Source: Malacoraja senta
Taxonomy: Eukaryota
Length of the DNA: 64,000 bases
Assembly (NCBI GenBank): GCA_038087875.1
Contig: CM075991.1
Location: forward strand, 1,984,001-2,048,000
Reading direction: 5' to 3'
This document shows positions 50,292-62,305 of this stretch, one piece after another. The number at the start of each line of letters is the position of its first letter. Within the stretch, counting starts at the first letter, position 1. The translations under genes and the position numbers were made by a program. Below the pieces are notes generated by a model. That model had not been told where the DNA came from, made no database searches, and was given only the letters and a program-made list of their open reading frames with translations.

Positions 50292-52792
50292 GTATGTGAG
50301 GGGCAACAACGAGGATACACCAGTGGGCCTGGTTTAAACCAAAGATAGACATTAAAATGCTGGAGAGAAGGAATGGGTGACGTTTCGGGTCGAGACCCTT
50401 CTTCCCTGGGGTCTTCAGTTTAGTCTAGTTCATAGTCACGTGTACCGAGGTACAGTGAAAAGCTTTTTCCTTGCGTCCTATCCAGTCAGCAGATTACAAC
50501 ATGATTACAATCGATCCATTTACAGTGTACAGATACATGAGAAGGGAATAACGTTTAGACAAGGGAAAAACGTCACTGTCACGGTGGCGCAGCGGTAGAG
50601 TTGCTGCCTTACTGCAAATGCAGCACCGGAGATCCGGGATCGATCCCGACTACGGGTGCAGTCTGTATGGAGTTTGTACGCTCTCTCCGTGACCTGCGTG
50701 GGTTTTCTCCGAGATCTTCGGTTTCCACCCGCACTCCAAAGACGTACAGGTTTGTAGCTTAATTGGTTTGGTAAATGTAAAAAACAAATGGCCCCTAGTG
50801 TGTGTAGGATAGTGTTAATGCTGGTCAGCGCGGACTCGAAGGGCGTGTTTCCGCGCTGTATCTCTAAACTAAACGTTTGGGTAAGGGAATAATGTTGAGG
50901 GTTTTGGGCCAGAGTGGGAGGCTATGTCTGCCATCCCGTAGTGATTAGGTTCTGAAGGCCCCGAGGACGGACACCATGGGCCTGGGACCTTGGATCATGA
51001 GGATTTGAAACTTGGGTCTTGGGCACGGCGGTGTTTTTAAGTTTATTTAGAGATACAGCACGGCCCTTCGGCCCACTCGGGTCCGCACCAAACAGCGATC
51101 CCCTCGCACTAATACTATCCTACACACACTAGGGGCAATTTTACAATTACACAAAGCCAATTAACCTACCAACCTGTACGTCTTTAGAGTGTGGGAGGAA
51201 ACCGGAGAAATGGGGGAAAACCCACGTGGGTCACGGGGAGAATGTACAAACTCCGTACAGACAAGCACCTGTAGTCAGGATCGAACCTGTGTCCCTGGCG
51301 CTCTAAGGCACTAGCTCTACCGCCCCGCCACCGTGCTGCCCCTTAAGGGGTCTTGGGCGCTGTGATTGGGGTAGTGAGGGCACCTAGGAGGCTCACATTT
51401 GGCCTGGGATCTTGGACAAGGGGATCTGAACCTGGGCCCCCCTGGTGATGTGGGTGGTGAGGACATATAGGAGGGACACCAGGATGTCCGAGGTTGCACC
51501 ATGGCGGCTGAGTCTGGGGTCTTGGGAATGGATGATTGAGGCAGTGAGGGCCGAGGGGAACCACCAGTAGTCCTGGGGTCTCGGATCATGCGGGGGGGGG
51601 GGGGGGGGGCTGAACCTGGGGTCTTGAGACCCAGTGAGTTGGGTCTTGGGCACTGATGATTCAGTGGCCCTTCAGAATTAAAGGGCGGTCTTTTACAAAG
51701 AAAGTGAGGAAGAACTGGGGTCTTACACCTGAAACATTGACCTCCAATTTCAGGTAGTCCCTACTTTCTCCCTCCTTCCCCTCCCCTTCCCAGCTCTCCC
51801 ACAGCCCGCTGACTCCGCCTCTTCCTTTCTTCTTCCTGCCCCCCCCCACCCCCTCATCAGTCTGAAGAAGGGTCTCGACCAGAAATGTCACCTGTTCCTT
51901 CGCTCCATAGATGCTGCCTCACCCGCTGAATTTATCCAGCATTTTTGTCTACCTTCTGGTTGGTGGCGGGATGGTTCAGTTGCCTGATGACAGCAGGGTA
52001 GAAACTGTCCCTGAATCTGGAGGTGTGCGTTTTCACACTTCTGTGCCTCTTGCCTGAAGGGAGAGAAGAGAAGAGGGAGTGGCAAGGGTATCCGTGACTG
52101 GTCCTTGATTTTGCTGCTGGCCTTGCCGAGGCAGCGTGAGGTGTAGATGGAGTCAATGGAAGGGAGGTTCGTTTGCGTGACGATCTGGGCTGCGTCCACA
52201 ATGTTTTTTTCAATGTGTACACTCGATGGCAGTGTACCTGGGTTCGATCCTGACCGCGGGTGCGGTCTGTGTGGAGTCTGCACGTTCTCCGTGTGACCTT
52301 GTGGGTTCCCCCCGGGTGCTCCGGTTTCCTCCCACATCCCAAAGACAATAGACAATAGGTGCAGGAGTAGGCCATTCGGCCCTTCGAGCCAGCACCGCCC
52401 TTCAATGTGATCATGGCTGATCATCCCTAATCAGTACCTACTTGCCAGGTTCCTGCCTTCTCCCCATATCCCCTGACTCCGCTATTTTTAAGAGCCCTAT
52501 TTAGCTCTCTCTTGAAAGCATCCAGAGAACCTGCCTCCACCTGCCTCCAGGCAGAGAATTCCACAGACTCACAACTCTCTGTGAGAAAAAGTGTATCCTC
52601 GTCTCCGTTCTAAATGGCTTACTCCTTATTCTTAAAGATGTGCGGGTTTGTGGGTTAATCGGCCTTTTGTCGATTGTCCCCAATGTGCGGTGGGGGGGGG
52701 GGGTGGATGAGACAGTGGGCTGGGTTGTGGTCGGGGAGACTGGTACTGTGGGCGAGCTGTGATCCCTCACTCGCCTCTTGTCTCTCCTCCAG

Positions 52793-52906
52793 ACGCCGTC
52801 TACTCCGTGGAAGAGGACGACGAGGATGAGGATGAGGATGATGACGAGGTCGAGGAGGACGATGACGAGGGGAACAAGTCGGATGAGAAAAGCAACAAGG
52901 AAGCAC
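52793..52906 (+). CDS. FGFR1: FGFR1 acid-box exon
   Basis: (D)AVYSVEEDDEDEDEDDDEVEEDDDEGNKSDEKSNKEA. Pyrimidine tract plus CAG| acceptor, C|GTGAGT donor; 114 nt, phase 1/1. Confidence 0.9.
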
Positions 52907-53681
52907 GTGAGTACAGATGGGCTGCGGTCAGTCGGCCTCTGCCGAAGCTGTCCGTGCCGAAACTGTCTCTGCAAAGCTGTCTCTATGGAAGCTGAAGATA
53001 AGACACAAAAAGCTGGAGTAACGAAATGTTCCTTCTCTCCAGAGAAGCTGCCTGTCCCGCTGAGTTACTCCAGCTTTTTGTGTCCTATCTTCGCCATCAG
53101 ATATATGTGGCTATCCAAAAGTGTCCTAAACGCCACAATGGCATCTGCCTCCACCACTACCCCTGGGAATGTGTTCCAGGCCCCCGCCACCCGTCGAAGT
53201 GGGAGGAAACCGGAGCACCCGGAGAGAACCCAGGAGGTCACGGGGAGAACATGCAAACTCCACACAGACAGCACCCGAGGTCAGGATAGAACCTGGGTGT
53301 GTGGATCGGTGAGGCAGCTGCTCTGCCTCAGGAAGATTCGAAAAACTAGAACTACCAGATGACCCTTATGAGAAGAGGGTTGGGAGCGGAGGGCACGTAA
53401 TCCCTCATCGTAACTCCTCATAAAATAAAGATCAAACTGGTAAGTTCTCGTTTAATCTTCCTATTTTACTTCGGAGTCACGCGAGTGACTACGTGAAGAT
53501 TTCAAAGCTGTGATTTCATGCCGTGAACACGAGTCCATGCAACACACTGCATCAGTTCACCAAAGATGAGTGAAAAATAACAATGCATTCAGACATGACA
53601 TAGATTTAAAACATGCTCATCCTTTTAGTAAACAAATGATATATATGAAAATAATAGTGACCCCTCATATCCGGGGGTAAA

Positions 53682-54659
53682 CTATAAAACAGAACTTAAA
53701 ATTGAGTTGGCAAACAACCCCGGCCTGGCAATGGGTTTATAATAAAACATTTGGAATGTTCGCGCGTTTGACCATCCTGCAGCCGCTAGGATGTGGCCCA
53801 GCGGAACCTCCATAATCCTCGCTGCTGATGTTGCTGCAGCCCTGGTGGAGTGAGATTTAAAAACATCAGTGTCCACTCCTGCACAAGCCAAAACACGTCT
53901 CAACCACCTGGAGATGGTCTGTACAGATACCTTCTTGTGAGGTTTTTTTATAACTAGCTAACATAGCTAGTTCAGTGCCTCTGAGGCTCTTTGTGGCCTT
54001 AAAATACTGTAGTAGATGTGTGACCACACACAACCGAAGGTCCATGGGGTATGCCATAAACTCTAGTTTGAGACCTGACGCCCCTGGTCTGCTCTGCTTG
54101 ACTAAGTCATAAATATAAAATGTTATTTTATTGGCAGATGTAACCATTCTGTCCAGTCGTAGCTTATGTAACGACTGGACCCGTTGCGCCGAAACCAGCG
54201 CCATGCGCATAACCACTTTATAAGTGAGTTTGACCAAGGACAGGGATGTAGCTGGAGCCCACCGCCGAAGCAGCATCAGCACAATGTTAATATCCCATAT
54301 CTCCGAGTACCTTGGCCTGGGGGGATTTGTGTTGAAGATACCTTCATAAACCTGGATATCAGTGGGTGAGACCTGACAGAGTGGTGTTACGATCCCAGCA
54401 GCAAGTATGACGACAAGGCATTTCTGGCACAATTAATGGCACTATAACTCAATCTCTCGTCAAAGAATAGTTTTGAGAGAAATTCCAGTATATCCGTTAT
54501 ACATGCCGTGTCATATGTTATGTTGGACTGCAAACAGAACGCTTCCCATCTCTTGAGATAGGAGATGTACTGCTTCTTGGTGCTATCCCTCCAAGCCGCA
54601 GTGATCACGTCCACAGTTCGATCTGACAGTCCGAGCCCCAGGAAAGGTCTTCTCAGGGT
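53682..54659 (-). pseudogene. DIRS tyrosine recombinase ORF (frameshifted)
   Basis: AWRDSTKKQY SAM-like region, SAQRVQSL, HSTRAAATS, AAGWS, FYYK. Confidence 0.88.
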
Positions 54660-54669
54660 CTGCAAATCA

Positions 54670-56590
54670 ACAAATTGATTTAATCATGCAGCGGATGGTT
54701 CTCCCCAGCCACGGGGTGAACCAGCAGATTTCTGCATTTGGGAATGGCCATAAAAGTCTCTGATATCATTCCCAATATTAGTGCGAATGATGGCTGCGTA
54801 GGCCAGTCAGGCACTACCAAAATGCCTGAAGCGGAGTCTTGCTGTATTTTTTAAAGCACCAACTGATGAGGCAAAATGGAGGGAATGCATAGAAGAACAT
54901 TCCTCCCCAGTGTAGCGAGAATGCATCAATCGACACTTCCCCTGGGTCTGGCTCCCATGCAACATACTTTGGTAACTGGTGATTGAGCCTGGATGCAAAC
55001 AAATCGATATCCAATGTTCCATACCGGGCAACAATATCGTTAAATACTTTATGATCCAACATACATTCTGTGTTGTCATTAAATTTTCGTGACCTGGTGT
55101 CCGCCACCATATTAAACCTACCTGGCAAGTAGGTAGCTGAAATCCAAATGTTTCTTGCAATACACCAGTGCCAACTGAGGTTAGCCAAATTATCACAGGA
55201 TACTGACTTGATTCCACCCATGGATTAATATATGCCACCGCAGTAGTGTTGTCAATCTGTAGCCGAACATGCAGATGATGCATATTCCCACAATAAGCCT
55301 TCAACCCATAGAATGCTCCCAGCATCTCTAAGTAGTTAATACCACGTGACTGAAGAATTGATGACTCATGTGCATCCCATTTGCCACCGCTACTAGAGAT
55401 GGTATTAGTAGCTCCCCATCCTTGAGCACTAGCATCAGTTTGTAATATAACTGAAGGTTTGCTGACCAAAATGTTACTGAAGCAATGCCGAATATTGGTC
55501 GTCCACCATTGTAACTCAGAAATAGCTTCAGCTGGTAACTGCATAGGTCTGTTAAAACGACCTGCATGGTATTCGAGTGCTTGCTCCTTTGCACGTTGTA
55601 AAGCCTGATAATGCAAAGGCCCAAACTGTGCAGCTGGAAAAGCAGCCACTAATTTGCCAATTACACTGGCTACTTGTCGTATAGATGGTTGCTCCATAAT
55701 TATAAGGTTGTTACAGGCTACTATTAATTCTAATCTCTTGCCCCAGGGCAGAGTCACAGACATGTTAATAGAGTTAATGGCAAATCCCAAATAATCAATA
55801 ACTCTAGATGGTATCAACTTGGATTTAACTGGATGGATGAGAAACCCCAATCTCTCAAACATGAGTTTAGTGGCTGAAACAGCGAATTTAGCTAATTCCA
55901 GAGTTTTCCCTATGATTAGGATATCATCCAAGTATGCCATAACAATATGATTTTGAGCTCTAAGTAGACCAAGCACCGGTTTCAATAATTTGGTAAATAA
56001 TCTGGGGGCTGAAGTTAACCCATAAGGCAATGCTTTAACTGCCACAGTTGCCCCATCCAGTTAAACTTCAAATATCTCCGGTGATCCCTGTGAATGGGTA
56101 CCGAATAGTATGCATCTTTGAGATCGATACATGCCATAAAGCATCCTTTGGAAATCAGTTGTTTGGCAGTAACGAAGTTTTCCATTTTTAAATGTCTATA
56201 CTGCACAAAAGAGTTAAGTTGAGTCAAATCAAGGATGATTCGGAATCCTCCATCTTTCTTTTGTCTTGTAAATATATTAGAAACGAATTGGTGATGTTCA
56301 TGACTCGACTTTTCAATTACCCCTTTTGTATATAACGTTTGAATTTCAGCTTGTATATCCAAACCTTCCTGTTGTGAATGAACAAATGTCCGGCTTGGTG
56401 TATGCTGTGTGGGTGGCAATGAATTGGGAAGGAATTCGATTTGGAACCCTTGTATACTGTGAAGTATCAACGGAACTGATGTTATCCAACGCCATTCATT
56501 CAAAAACAAGTGTAATCTCCCACCAACTTGTAACTGGTCCACACATCCCATGTTCCGGAAAGAACCAGACCCACCTACCTCCATGGTTAC
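54670..56590 (-). pseudogene. DIRS RT-RNase H-methyltransferase ORF (frameshifted)
   Basis: FRIILDL, IDLKDAY, LPYGLTSAPR, YLDD, TDASAQGWG, INYLEM, IDNTTAVAYIN, DLFASRLN, YAFPPF. Confidence 0.88.
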
Positions 56591-56699
56591 TGGTGGCTGT
56601 ATGGTTTCTATTTCCGCCCCCCGATGTTTGGGGGGTAGGGTTGCTGGAGTGCGCGGGTTGCGCATCTTCCACGAGGGCCGGCCTGGGCCTTGGCCTAAA

Positions 56700-57861
56700 A
56701 AAGACTTCTGCCCAGAGGATTCGGCCTTTGAGCTGCCACAGCTTCTGCGAACCGCTTACTGCTGATGGAAGTGTAGGGGTGCTGCAGCCGGAATGGTGAA
56801 GCTTTGCTTGTCAATGGAGCCTTTATCAGCCCGACAGCTTTCGCTTATTCGTCCAGGTCTTTAACCCGTTTCGGCAGATCTTCTCCGAACAGAAGATTCG
56901 GCGGCTGGACATTGCTGGCCCTGCACAGCCCCGCAAATTTGGGGTTCAGGGCAGGTCGGATGGCGTTTTTGCGAAAACAGTTAATTTCGAAATGTGCGTT
57001 GCACATTAACGCCAGGGCATCCTGCTGTACATCTGACAAGGGACCCCCATCCACAGACCTGGTAAACGCCGTAATGCCTGAAGCTAGCAATTTCAGGATT
57101 CTCTGGAGCTTCATCTCCTGGGCTTTGATGCCCCCTCCGATGTATCCCCAGGTAGAGCTGTTCACAGCCGGCACATTCAGTGAAGCACAATTCCCAGGTG
57201 TGTGGTACTTTGCAGATGTTTCCACCATTACCTGTTCCTGCAGTTGGTGCGATGTGAGGTAATTAATGCTCGCTGCTAGATCCTCTTGCAGCGGCTCCCC
57301 TGTTTGCGAGGGTATCGCAAACTTCGACGCCATGGCAAGCAATTCTTGTGCTTCACGCACATCGTGCATTGTGGTATGCTCCCCAGACATACCTCCAAAT
57401 TCTGAGTCAGGCCAGAACTGACCCCGTACGCTCCCCTCCTCAGAGAGGGAGATATTATGCAGCCCTGGACCAGGCGCTGCCGCGGGCCCCCGAGGAGACC
57501 CGCGCTGATATAACTACGTTTCCCGGAGCATATCATGATGGAGCATCCTTTCCATAAGGTGCTCCATCCGGGATAAACGCCCGAAGACGCTATCCATTGT
57601 AGGAGGCGAATCCTCCTGGCCTGACTCGTCCGAGTAAACAGGCCTGTCAGACTTCTTCTTGGCCTTCCCCCCTTTCGGGGTTGCCAAGGTGCTTTTGACA
57701 GGCACCAAGTCTGAAGTCGCTGACTGCACCGTCAGCGACTCGGATGGCGAAATCGACGGCCGCCGGCTACCCGCACTTCCGCGGTCCTTCGTAGCTGGTT
57801 TCCCCGCGGCCCGTCTGGACTGCGCCCTGGATTTTGTCATGCTTAGTTCGAACTTGCAACT
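56700..57861 (-). pseudogene. DIRS gag-like ORF1 (frameshifted)
   Basis: ORFs 57514-57870 and 56845-57390; homologous to 17590-17877 of the first DIRS (MKLQRILKLL, NLLFGEDL). Confidence 0.8.
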
Positions 57862-58829
57862 CTGTAACAAGATTTTACCGAAACAAACAACCTCAGAATA
57901 AGTTTAAAACTTACCTGTAGGGCTTTTAAACTTACCGCTGGAGGAACGACGCCAGTCGTGCGCCATGCGTTAGACGTATTTGAACGCATACGGGCTGGCG
58001 GGCTTCATCACGTAGTCACTCACGTGACTCCAAAGTAAAATTAATAACCGCACTGGTGATGTGTTGAATGAGGGTATGGTTTATGGCTGGGACAGGATGT
58101 AACTGAAGCAGGGGAGTGGGAGCAGAATCGTTGAGCTTCTGGTTGCAGGGACAAGCTTGCTCACCAATCCCTGTTGCCCGTGACGATAACAAATACATCG
58201 ATGAAAGCACTCTGTAGACACGGAGGCCTCTTTTGTTCTCGTAGATCGATCTCATGCTAAGATTGATCTCAGCTCTAAAGGTGTGCCAGTGAAGCCACTG
58301 TGGTTCCTCCTTTGTTTTCCAGCCAAGATGCTCATGACTCAAGGCTGAGCAGAATTTACACTTGAATGGTTGTCTCGAAGAGCATTCTCACTCCCACAGC
58401 TCAGTGCCACTGCAGTCGTTAGCAGCCTTGCCAGGAAATTAGACAGCTCTCTTTCACACTTCGCAAGGAGGGCCCCTTTAAGGTTCTTGATCAAGTTTAC
58501 CACGGGCGCTGTCTGTACAGAGTTTGTACGTTCTCCCCGTGACCTGCGTGGGTTTTCCCCAAGATCTCCGGTTTCCTCCCACACTCCAAAGTCTTGAGCC
58601 ATTAGATTCGGAAGGAACTGCAGATTATGGTTTAACCGAAGACAGACACGAAAAGCTGGAGCAACTCAGCGGGTCAGGCAGCATCTCTGGAGAAAAGGAA
58701 TGGATGACGATTCGGTTCGAGACCCTTCTTCCAACTGCTTTTCAGTCTTTAGTTTAGAGATACAGCACGGAAACAGGCCCCTCAGCAGCTGTACATCTCT
58801 GCGCTCATGCCTACAGACATGCAGGTTGG

Positions 58830-59135
58830 GGTGGCACGGTGGCGTAGCTGTCAAGTTGATGCCTTGCAGCGCCGGAGACCCATGTTCGATCCCGACTACG
58901 GGTGCTGTCTGTATGGAGTTTATACGTTCTCCCCGTGACCTGCGTGGGTTTTCTCCGAGATCTTCGGTTCCCACCCACACTCCAAAGACGTACAGGTTTG
59001 TAGGTTAATTGGCTTGGTGTATGTGTAAATTGTCCCAAGTGTGTGTAGGGTAGTGTTAATGTGGAGTGATCACTGGTCGGTGCGGACCCGATGGGCCGAA
59101 GGGCCTGTTTCCGCGCTGTATCTCTAAACTAAACA
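58830..59135 (+). mobile_element. Full-length HE1-type V-SINE
   Basis: A/B boxes, V-domain, (CTAAA)n tail. Confidence 0.85.
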
Positions 59136-60143
59136 AGTTTATTTTACTACATGTTTAAGAAGGAACTGCAGATGCTGGAAAATCGAAGGTAGACAAAAGT
59201 GCTGGAGACACTATGATCATAGATGCTGCCGCACCTGCTGTGTTTCTCCAGCACTTTTGTCTACCTTTTATTTGACTACATGTAAGTTTATTAGGTCTAC
59301 AAGATTTACAGAGACCATTGTTACTTGCCCCGTTCTAATTGCCCTCTCTGCAGCATTGACTGTCCTGGGGTCGGGGTAAGAGGTGTAAGCCAAGTGTGGC
59401 ATAAATCACATTGCATGTGGGACTAGTGTAGATGGGACATGTTGGACATCCTGACCTTCGGAGCTGTCTGTGTGTGGAGTTTGCACGTTCTCCCTGTGAC
59501 CGCGTGGGTTTTCTCCGGGCCCTCCGGTTTCCTCCCACATCCCAAAGACGTGCGGGATTTGCAGGTTAATTGGCCCTCTGTAAATTGTTCCTAGTGTGTA
59601 GGGAGTGGATGCGAAAATGGGATAACATCGAACTAGTGTGAACGGGTGATCGATGGTCGGCATGGACTCGGTGGGCCGAAGGGCCTGCATCACTATGACT
59701 CTCGGGCCCTCTTCCTGTCATTCACATGGTACCAGCCTGATTGACCAAGTCAAGTCGAGTTTATTGTCAAGTGTGAAGGAAGGAACTGCAGATGCTGATT
59801 TACACCGAAGATAGACACAAAGTTCTAGAGTAACTCAGCGGGTGTGGCAAACCCATTCTGATGAAGGGTCTCGACCCAAAACGTCACTTATCCCTTTTCT
59901 CCATAGATGCTGCCTGACCCGCTGAGTTACTCCAGCACTTTGTGTCCATCTTCATTGTCTGATAAACCGATATGGGTACAATGAACCCTTACTGACATCA
60001 ACGTCAAAGGCACATAGTCACAGACAAACACAGACATGCCAACCATGCAGAAATTATGCATAGAATCTGCATATGTTAGACATAAACTATTCAATTCACA
60101 CACAATTCACAATCATTTAGATACAGAAGCAGTTAGACAGGTA

Positions 60144-60647
60144 CAATAGACAATAGGTGCAGGAGTAGGCCATTCGGCCCTTCGAGCCAGCACCGCCATT
60201 CAATGTGATCATGGCTGATCATCCCCAATCAGTGCCCCGTACCTGCCTTCTCCCCATATCCCCTGACTCCGCTATCTTTAAGAGCCCTATCTAGCCCTCT
60301 CTTGAAAGTATCCAGAGAACCGGCCTCCACCTCCCTCTGAGGCAGAGAATTCCACAGACTCACAACTCTGTGAAAAAAAGTGTTTCCTCATCTCCGTTCT
60401 AAATGGCTTATCCAGAATTCTTAAAACTTTGGTCCCTGGTTCTGGACTCTCTCATCATCGGGAACATGTTTCCTGCCTCTAGCGTGTCCAAACCCTTAAC
60501 AATCTTATATGTTTCAATAAGATCCCATCTCATCCTTCTAAACTCCACAGTATACAAGCCCAGCCGCTCCATTCTCTCAGCATATGACAGTCCCGCCATC
60601 CCGCGAATTAACCTTGTGAACCTAAGCTGCACTCCCTCAATAGCAAG
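60144..60647 (-). mobile_element. CR1 3' fragment (an opposite-strand copy lies at about 61167-61533)
   Basis: ORF 60408-60632; (GACAATA)n tail. Confidence 0.85.
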
Positions 60648-61939
60648 TACATGGAGGTAGGGCAGGTTTGGAGGGATATGGACCTAATGCAGGCAGGTGG
60701 GACTAGTGTAGCTGGAACATGTTGGCCAGTGTGGGTAAGTTGGGCCGAAGGGCCTGTTTCCACACTGTATCACTCTGACTATTTTTACACATAATTCACA
60801 TGTAACTCGCACATTGGACTTTGTCTCTGGACATGGTGCGCGACAATGCTGAGAACTATATTCTGCTCTCGGTATCTTCCCCTTTGCTCTACCTGTTGTA
60901 TTGGAGTTTGGCTTGATTGTGTTTATGTATTATGAGAGGCCTTGAAGGACAATTTAAGATTCAAGAGTCAAGAGTGTTTTATTGTCATGTGTCCCAGATA
61001 GAACAATGAGATTCTTACTTGCAGCAGCACAACACAATATGTAAACATAGTACACTGCAAACAATAGTTATATATGTATATATGTGTATATATGTGTATA
61101 TATACACATACTCGCAAATACATATATATATATAGATCATATACAGTATGTTTATACACACGCACACATATAAGATTATTAAGGGTTTGGACACATTAGA
61201 GGCAGGAAACATGTTCCCAATGTTGGGGGAGTCCAGAACCAGGGGCCACAGTTTAAGAATAAGAGGTAAGCCATTTAGAACGGAGATGAGGAAACACTTT
61301 TAGACACAGAGAGTTGTGAGTCTGTGGAATTCTCTTCCTCAGTGGACGGTGGAGGCCGGTTCTCTGGATAATTTGAAGAGAGAGCTAGATAGGGTTAAAG
61401 ATAGCGGAGTCAGGGGATATGGGGAGAAGGCAGGAACGGGGTATTGATTGTGGATGATCAGCCATGATCACATTGAATGGCGGTGCTGGCTCGAAGGGCC
61501 GAATGGCCTACTCCTGCACCTATTGTCTATTGTCACAGACGTACACACACACAAAAACAATCAATAATAATCCAATGATAACAATAATAGTCTGTTGTAA
61601 TTCTGCGCTTATTTGGAGGGTTGGAGGGTTTAATAGCCAAATGGCTGTAGGGAAGAAGGTGTTCCTGCACCTGGACCTTACACGGGTTCTTATATTGTGA
61701 CTCGAAGGTGCCAGAAACATGGCGACTCGTGTACGGACAGTGTGGTCTACTGCCTTACACTCCAGTACTCCAGTATGGATGTGCCTAATGTATAGAAGGA
61801 TTGTCACTGAAGTGTAAGCAAACAAGCATGTTCACTGTACTTACTTACAAGTACCAATAACGTACCATTGAACCATGATACTATCAGATCAGATTGGATA
61901 GCACGCAAAACAAAGGTTACATGACAATTGTAAACCTAA

Positions 61940-62300
61940 ATCTCTCTCTCGCTCTCTCCCCCTCTCTGTCTCGCTCGCTCGCTCTCTGTCTGTCTCTCTC
62001 CCCCTCATTCACCCTACTCGCACTCTCTCTCACTCTCTATACCCCCTGCTCCCCTCCCTTTCCCTCTCTCTTCACTCTGTCTCTCCCCCTCCCCTTCTGT
62101 CTTCTCTAACTCTCACCCTCTCTCTTCCCTCTCTCTTCCCCTCTGTCTCCCCCTCTCCCCTTCTCTCATCTCTATCCCTCTATCTCTCTCCCCCTCTCCC
62201 TCCTCCACTCTCTCTCCTCTCTCTCTTCCCTCTCTCTACCCCCTCTCACTCTTGTCTCTCTCCAACCTCTCTCTCTCTCTCCGTGCCCCCATGGCCCTCT
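61940..62300 (+). repeat. Long CT-rich polypyrimidine tract preceding the Ig-IIIa exon
   Basis: Direct inspection. Confidence 0.9.
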
Positions 62301-62305
62301 CCCAG

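Larger units (their letters stand above)
53329..58040 (-). mobile_element. DIRS1-type retrotransposon in an FGFR1 intron, right ITR missing
   Basis: Left terminus TTTTACTTTGGAGTCACG at 58040; intact internal complementary region at about 53394-53499; gag, RT, RNase H, methylase and recombinase ORFs. Confidence 0.95.

Noticed and set aside
54814..55221. DNA adenine-methylase-like ORF next to a phage-type recombinase, suggesting a bacterial or viral system
   Set aside because: Both are standard parts of DIRS1 retrotransposons and lie within the element's termini.
58830..58905. tRNA-like A/B box sequences
   Set aside because: SINE heads, each followed by a V-domain and LINE-like tail; not tRNA genes.
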